Part shown: one piece after another, positions 56,451 to 64,000 of the stretch
Layout of the letters: each line of letters starts with the position of its first letter
How positions within the stretch are numbered: the first letter of the stretch is position 1
Notes under the pieces: generated by a model
What the model was told of the DNA's origin: nothing
Databases searched by the model: none
What the model saw: the letters and a program-made list of their open reading frames with translations, nothing else
Made by a program: the position numbers and the translations under genes
From: Antedon mediterranea
Taxonomy: Eukaryota > Animalia > Echinodermata
Assembly: GCF_964355755.1 (NCBI RefSeq)
Contig: NC_092680.1
Coordinates: 6,324,001-6,388,000, forward strand
Direction: 5' to 3'
DNA: 64,000 nt

Positions 56451-56593
56451 TAAATAAAATAACAGCATAAAACTTGGTTACTTCATTGTTTTAATCGCTA
56501 CAAATCTGTTTGACCAGCAAGATTCTGGTCATACGAAACGATTTGTAGCGATTAAAACAATGACGTAACCAAGTTTTCTGATTATTTTATTTA
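56451..56593. repeat. About 140-bp inverted repeat (hairpin)
   Basis: taaataaaataa...aaaacttggttac.tcattgttttaatcgctacaaatc pairs with gatttgtagcgattaaaacaatga.gtaaccaagtttt...ttattttattta; inner stem tgaccag/ctggtca. Confidence 0.85.
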
Positions 56594-57134
56594 TGCTGTA
56601 CCTTGGTATCGAGCACTCTATCCTAATGGTCTGATACTTTCAACCTGAGTATATATATACTTAAATGTATACTTACTAGTGACGTCATTATTATCTTTTA
56701 CAGTAGTAAAATGGTAGTAATTTTCTTTTGTGACGTCATTTACCATAGCAAATTCAACTGTTTTGATAACTTATGTGTGTTTTCTTCATTTTAATATATT
56801 TTAGTAAATTCATTGCTGTACATTAGTGATGTTGCAATGGTAATAACTTGTATATCTTATGACGTCATAGATATAGCCAGTATGTTTTTAATTAACCAGA
56901 ATAAGTAAATTGAAATCGATATAACAATATGAGAATACAGTTAAATCAATTATATTAAATGAGCCATAGAGCTACATTTGTCATTATGCTAAATAATTGA
57001 TAGAATGAGTAAATTGTTATGTTACCAGTAATTAATAATTTGTGCCAACTGAATTTACCGATGAGTAAATATGCCTACTGTAAAAAGTAAACGATATTAT
57101 CAACAATAGTAATGAATAGGCGTTAGAGTTGCCA

Positions 57135-57395
57135 AACTTATAAACCGTATATTCCTCTACGCAGAGGTCTTCATTCTGAAACGGATCCTCTTATGTTAAC
57201 ACCACCTAGAACCAACCTTAAATCCGTACCAGGGTTTCTTTGGTCAGGCACCAGAGATCTGGAACCAACTTCCTCATTCCATCCGTTACATTCAATTCCC
57301 TTTTCAATTCGAATCTCTCCTGAAAACTCACCTTTTTCAGTAGTTATTCTTTTCATCTTGCGCTGCGAGACTCCGGTAAAGAGCGCTTTATAAAT
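57135..57395 (+). mobile_element. 3' fragment of an L2-type LINE
   Basis: Frameshifted PYIPLRR.L.S...L.TPPRTNLKS and APEIWNQLPHSIR (L2 ORF2 end), then tail tgcgctgcgaga...gagcgctttataaatg. Confidence 0.6.
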
Positions 57396-58874
57396 GTTCG
57401 ATACTAATATGAATTAATATCACTTGATTAACGTTAACATATATCACTTTCCTTCTCCGGGATTGTTGACGAGTTGAACACGGTGATCCAAAATGTTACA
57501 ACACTCGTTTGCGACATGAATATATTTTAATTGCATTTTCAATAATGAAGTTTACTTAAACTATTAGCCTATTCAATATGGTAGGGGATGTCTTTTAAAA
57601 CTGTTTTTTAAACCTTTAATTTGTAGTGAGTATAACTAATGGTGATAATATATAATATTTCAATAACTGATTATCTAAATTCAATAACTGACACAACTTT
57701 ACATTCATCACAAATACATCTACTAACATTTACTGTATTATCTAAAGAAGGAAATAGGAAATTCGATAGAGGAGTGAAATATCTTGTTTGCTAATAAACT
57801 ATTTGGAATAAGAAGTTCTTTAATTTTGACTGGTCTGATTGTTGGTGGGCTAGGAATATTGCACTTTTAGGTGAATTTTCATCTTTCTATACCTTCAGTC
57901 TTACTTATTGTATCAATCACAATACTAAAACAAACGATTTGTAATAAGTCCACACAGAAATCCTCATCATTATGCTCCAGGAAGGTATACATACTGTATC
58001 CTTGCTCTGTTGGATACAAGATAATTTTCAACATGTTTATATTTAAAAAGAAAAACTGATTTCCTCAGAATGTCTTCTAGATTCCAATGAGAATAATGCC
58101 CACCTCTTCAATATACAAACAAATGTGCAAGAGATATGTTGTATCCATCCTGTAATAAGGTATGAAATACATAATAATACAGAGAAAATATAAATTATAT
58201 TCACGTATACTGGTATGTATAATAAGTCACATGTTACATCATCATCTACCGAAAGTAACTGTTTTGACAAAACACCAAATTTTCTACAGCAATAAAATAT
58301 AAAATAAATTCATAAAGTATTTTGTAACTATTTCATGAATCGATTTCCAATCATATTAGTACCGAATAGGTATACCCATGAACTACACATTGATGACGGC
58401 AGGCCTACTATGATTTCTGCCTATTTTTTCTCTTATAAAAACAAATTGTGCAGTACACCACTTTACTAGAAGAAAAAAAAAACAGAAATAGGCCCATGTA
58501 ACTATGTGAGTAAACTTCTTAAAAGAAGACTGAAAAAACATTTATTCTTAACCGACTGTTATCCATGTACTGGAAGCGGTTGTTGAAGATGAGAACATAT
58601 CCTTATTTGAGTGCACCAACCAAACTTAGAAAATTACTATAACATTGACAATTAATAAATATATCGTACAACATTAACATGCGCATCATCCATAGTCAAA
58701 CTGGGTAACAAAACATCTAACTTGTGTTCCAATAGCACAATGCGTCTTACAGCGCACAACACCGCGTGTTTCTGTTGTAGGCCTAATTTGTTGAATATAG
58801 GCCTACTACGGTAACGATACATCACGTACGTACGCCTCTTTCATTTCTCAGATCGCCGAAAAATGTAAATGACG

Positions 58875-61863
58875 TCACTGATATTCTAAATCGTCCATTG
58901 CCACACGCTCTGCCGTGTCCCTACGATCATATTGATAATCAGATGTTGACGCAATTAGCTGACGTTCGTCAACATTTTCGATAACAATTTCATCCTGTGC
59001 AACAATGCGTTTATCAGAGTCCTCACGCGTCGTATGCCCTGCTGGCTGTTCAGACGCGTCTAATTGTATTTCGACATCATCGTTCTGCTCATCAGCAGAT
59101 GCTCTTGGTGGTTCCATTTCTACTGTATTCGAGTCTGAACGCACTCGAGGATCATCACCGTTGGATGTTGCGATTGGCTTAAACTTGGCTTGTTGTTTCT
59201 CGCGGTGTTTTAAGAAGAAATAACAACCCCAGCAAGTAAACACCAGAAAGCCACCAATTACGAGTAATAATATTTGCCACCACGTCAAACCTGCAAATTA
59301 ACAATGTAATTGTTAAATATATATTTTTCAGACAGATCCGTACCCCATTATTTTCCTAATTAAACAAATATTGACTATGTAGGAACAGAGTCATTTTGCA
59401 TATAATATGACAGCTGCTGATGTCACATTCAGATTGTTTTGATTCAACGGTATTGTTTTAAACAACGCTAGACCGGTTTGTTTTCATACATAAGGAATTC
59501 CGACTTTTACTTTAGTACAGTATGTAGCTGCTGGTCGTTAATACTCTCGCACGCAGAATCGTAAACGTTTATTTTCCGCGGTATTTGGGGCTTTTGCTTA
59601 TAATACATGATGTAAGTCAAGTACCGGTAGCTGTTTACTGGATTATACTATGTGAAACAAGGGAATTACTGCCACGATAAGAAAGACACAAGTTGATGTT
59701 AATTAAGTGTATGTTTAGGATAAACTTCATCGATGTGGATTTATATTAGGAAGATCATTAGGCCTATTAGGCATGTTTGAAAAGTCGGATATACGCTACC
59801 TTACCTGACGTAAACAAGTGTGGTAAGTACACACGATTTATTTTTTACTTAAATAAACTAAAACATTCGAAATAACTGTCCTTTATTACATAACTATAGC
59901 TGAAAATAATAACAATGTTATTGATATGTACTAGGCCCATAATGAGAGCTCCCTCAGCGTTGAACACCTTGTTTATAGCAGTCTTATTTTTCATTAATTA
60001 TTCCTACCAGCTACCAATTTATCTACTCAATGCTTGAGAAATGTAATAAAATATTGTCCATTATGTAAAAAGTAGTTCCTAATAATACTGCTTATTAACA
60101 AAGCTTTTACTAGGTGGTAGAAATTATTTGTCGCGTCAGAATTAAATGGGTTACTTCAAATCTAGGATATGTATGAGCGTGTTTTATTTGTGACCCGGTC
60201 GCACTACTTTTCTTAACATGTCGATCTGTGTCTCACGTTTATATATATTTTTCTCTGTACATTACTGAACACATCACCCTTGCCTTGACTAATCAGAATG
60301 TTTTTATATAATGTTTAATTAGCCTTCACAATTAAGGCTCTGTAGAAAATACTTTGATGTAACAATTCAATTACTGGAGTTATACATTGACATGGTTAAA
60401 CTAAATTAATTATATCAATTATTTATACTAACTACAATATTGTACATACATATTTGTTAGATCTACATTATTAATCATTGAGACTAATGGAATTTGTAAG
60501 TGATCAGCTTTGACCAGCTTGTAAAGATAGATAGACAAATAGCAGATGTGTTTTAACAGAACAATTAACTAATTAAATTAACTTAAGAGAGAACGTTGAA
60601 TTATAGACAAGAGCACTTTTCTGAAGTTCAAGAATATCTATGTGGATAGCACTCGCGACAATACTACCACCCTTAAATTGCTCTGACGCCTGCATATATT
60701 GGGTTTACAAGTGGATCGATAGAGCATGATATACCTAATGCTAGTATTGCGTACAATAATAGCACAATGCCATAAACAAAGACCATGAAAATTACAATCT
60801 AATAACAAAAAAATGCTCCATAGTCAGAGTTTATGGCCATCTATAACATTGTAACTAGTCCGTTTGTATGTGCGTACGCCTCATGAATATTCATTAGTTT
60901 TGTAATTTTTACTTGAGTTATTAATATGGATACTGTATTGTATTGTGATATTAGTGACTGCGATGGTATGCTGTTGTATAATATTGATAATGATTTTTAA
61001 ATATTATATATAAACGTACCAACCTTAAAAAAGCAATATTTTGTGTTACACTAAAACATATTCAAAATATTACAAAAAACCGTCAATGTATTACTTACTT
61101 GTATTTGTTTGTTCTCCATTTTCATTTGAATTTGAAATTGTAGTCGTCGACAGGGCTGTGGATGAGGTATTGTAAAAAATGTAATATATAAAATTTAATA
61201 CAATAGTGTAATTTCTGCAAACCTTTCTAATTCGTGACCACCATACATGCAGTCAGTACCTCCAAATCACCACCCTCGATACCACCGTAAAAACACCACA
61301 ACTACACCCTCAACACACCCGTGCAAACACCACAACAGATATCATTCATTACTATACTAACTATAAGAGACACTATCTCAACGGTATACTGTATAAAGGT
61401 AAACGTTATAATTTGATTTGATTTAATTTTTTAACGAAAATAATAAATACCGCACACATAATATGACATTATAATGTTTTAAACTTTGTCAGGTGAGGAG
61501 AATTCATTTGACAACATTTCCTTATTAATTTGAATTTATACGATTTGGAAGAGGGTGGGGGAATGCATTTACAGGCCGTATTCAGTTATTACAACAAACT
61601 ATTACGTAAATTAGTTGGATGAAGTACATAGATCGAAGTTTCTCTAACGATAAATCAAGCTTAATATATCCAGTTCTAGGCCTAATAAATGAACTACTGT
61701 AATTTATAATTAAATTAAACAACGTATTGTTTTGGAATTTATATGCAGAAAAGCAAAACAAAAAATCGGTTCACTTACTAGGTGTTGCTGTTGTTAAAGA
61801 CAATGCCACCGTTATTCCTACACCCGTTATTCCCAGAACCTTCGTTATAGACATTTTATACAT
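58875..61863 (-). CDS. Uncharacterised small single-pass membrane protein (about 185 aa)
   Basis: Exons 61863-61779 (MYKMSITKVLGITGVGITVALSLTTATP), 61155-61099 (TLSTTTISNSNENGEQTNT), 59290-58875 (SLTWWQILLLVIGGFLVFTCWGCYFFL-KHREK...acidic tail...DDLEYQ*) join in frame with GT-AG. A further upstream exon 62129-62045 may be UTR or coding. Confidence 0.7.
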
Positions 61864-62832
61864 GTTTATCTATAAATTAAGACATAATCATAAATTATTT
61901 GCATCGCATATACTAATTGTAATTATAAATTATTATGACACCAATCGAAATATGACGCAACAATAGCGTCTAATCATTAATATTAAAGTAATTAAGACAA
62001 TTTAAAAGCATATCTATATAACATATAATATACATTTTTCTTACCTTTATTTAATCGTACACAATTTTTGTTGCATTTGCACTCATTTGCTATACCATTT
62101 TTAAATGTGCTGGATAAATTTATATAGGCCTAAGTAGAAATGAAACGCGCTCACAATACGCTTACTTACACAACGCGATAGCACTGATCACATTTCTTAC
62201 GGTATACAACTTGAATAGAGCCTTCGATCAATATAGCCAATAGCAATTACATATACACATCGTACACTATATCGTTTTTGCAATATTCTTCCGCTCCTTG
62301 TTTTTGTTAGCAAACAAATAATTGCGTCAATGTTTATGATTCACAGATACATAATCATACGCGTTGCGTCATGCCTTGTTACAGTTTAGTGCACTCAGCC
62401 TGCACATCAGGCGTCACATTTGATGCTTAGTAAACGTCAGAGGACATGTCCAATGCGTCGACATAGATTTTTTACCTGTAAATTAAGTAAATAGAATTGA
62501 ATAAAGACAGGTATTTTTACCAGGTAATACGTATTCATCAGGGCTTTTGTTCACATTAAGCTATGACGATTTTACAGTATCTTGCCAAACTAAAAACACC
62601 ACCACACCCTAGTAGTATAATTTTCCAGCGTTTATACGTTCACATTGTAATTGTCATACAATTTGTGGGCGATGTGCTTAAATAATGTAATGTCTCTTCT
62701 GATTTGTGTGCACTGATGCATTTATCATGCTTTTCGCATGTGGTTGCTTCGAATTTGTTGACATGGTTCTAGTGTCGATTCATAAGCAGTTGTTTTATAT
62801 AGGTTTTGTTTTTAATAAAGGGAGATCAGTAA

Positions 62833-63075
62833 AGCCTGGTTTCCATTAAAATCGCTACAGCGTTTCCATTAAAATCGCTACACGCGCAGATGTCGCCGAC
62901 GCAATCGGGAAGGCTCCCCGATTCATCGCAGTCAAATCGGCAAAGTTCAACGATGTTCAACTTTGCCGATTTTGTCGGCGATGAATCGTATACGCGTACT
63001 AGATCCCCGATAAACTCTAGCGTTTCCATAGAATCGCTACGCTCTGCCGTGTAGCGATTTTATGGAAACCAGGCT
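62833..63075. mobile_element. Palindromic MITE, Harbinger-like
   Basis: TIRs agcctggtttccat.aaaatcgctac / gtagcgattttatggaaaccaggct with TWA flanks and internal repeats of gcgtttccat..aatcgctac. Confidence 0.75.
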
Positions 63076-63859
63076 TTACAAGAGTTACGATATTTATTCT
63101 CATAGGCCTATGTATTATATGTTTACTTAATCAGATCCAAGAGGTGTGAAGTAAAATATATATAATTATTATATATTAAATACAGTTAAGAACAATAAAT
63201 TAATACATCCAGAACATTCAAACCTATAACACTAGATCCTCCTGTAACCTCCTCTTACCAAATTAATTTTAATGCAACATAATATCCGTTATAGTGGCAC
63301 CAAATTAAAATGGCACCTTAAAAAATTTCTTTTATTAAACTAAAACAAATCCTACTCCAAAAATAACTTGCAATATCGCAAAAAAAAGGAACAAACACGT
63401 TTATTTTAGTTTTCTGTGCTTCCATGGCATTAATCATTGTCTTGTCTTTTTGTGCCTTACTTGTTTGTCTGTCTGTCCTGTTTTGTTTCTGTATGTTTGA
63501 TTAAAAATCAATACTGTACTGTTATTATGAATGAATGAATGACCAAACTTTTATTATACAAAAGTACCATATTCGTACTTAGTATTGACTAATTGAGGGC
63601 GCTGATCTAGTAAATAAACTTCAGACTGAACGGAAGATTTTTTTAAGGAAAATATTTGCTTTTGTTTGATTCATTTCCCGCCAGTGCTTTTCGTAAGATA
63701 TTATTGCTAAGTTAAGAACCATTATATAAATGCTTAGCGATCATATAGTTCCAAACGTTGTAATGGCGTATCAGAAAATTCAGATTTACAGAAAAAAATG
63801 TAATAACGAGTAGGCCTAGGTATATACTATATTTAGATATATGAGAAAACTCAATCCAT

Positions 63860-64000
63860 TTTGTCCGCCTATGTGTTAAGACAACTTCCAGTCCACTCAG
63901 CTGTAAATGAGTACCTGGTTGAAAATACTAGGGAGAAAAAACTGGCCGGTCTACCACATAATGCCGAGGCTTAGTACAATGAGCTCCTAACAGCTCATTC
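63860..64000 (+). mobile_element. SINE fragment (Meta-domain-like)
   Basis: gtccactcagctgtaaatgagtacctgg motif common to a class of metazoan SINEs; truncated by the window end. Confidence 0.4.

Noticed and set aside
56226-56453. ORF ending in YIYIYI
   Set aside because: Translation of the (TA)n microsatellite.
62826-63029. 67-aa minus-strand ORF
   Set aside because: Lies almost wholly within a palindromic MITE; no transposase motifs.

Overview
AT-rich, intron-containing animal genomic DNA. It is probably an invertebrate deuterostome such as an echinoderm, inferred from gene content and Deu-domain SINEs rather than proven. Seven spliced protein-coding genes were reconstructed by reading GT-AG exons: (1) the 3' end of ALDH7A1 (+); (2) a BTB-BACK-Kelch protein (+); (3) a small LRR protein (-); (4) MRPL13 (-, 7 exons, missed by the ORF track); (5) a 34-exon TSPN-containing FACIT/collagen-IX-like collagen (+); (6) a six-domain, membrane-anchored hephaestin-like multicopper oxidase (+); (7) an unrecognised small single-pass membrane protein (-). 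Introns and spacers carry tRNA/Deu-domain SINEs, Harbinger-like (TWA TSD) and Kolobok-like (TTAA TSD) MITEs, L2 and RTE-X LINE tails, microsatellites and a Penelope-type minimal hammerhead ribozyme motif. Most notable: the collagen has a collagen-IX-sized 113-triplet COL2 domain but a C-X2-C terminal motif; the hephaestin has lost the domain-2 and domain-4 type-1 copper cysteines; an intronic hammerhead ribozyme is present; and the palindrome TAGGCCTA is strongly enriched.
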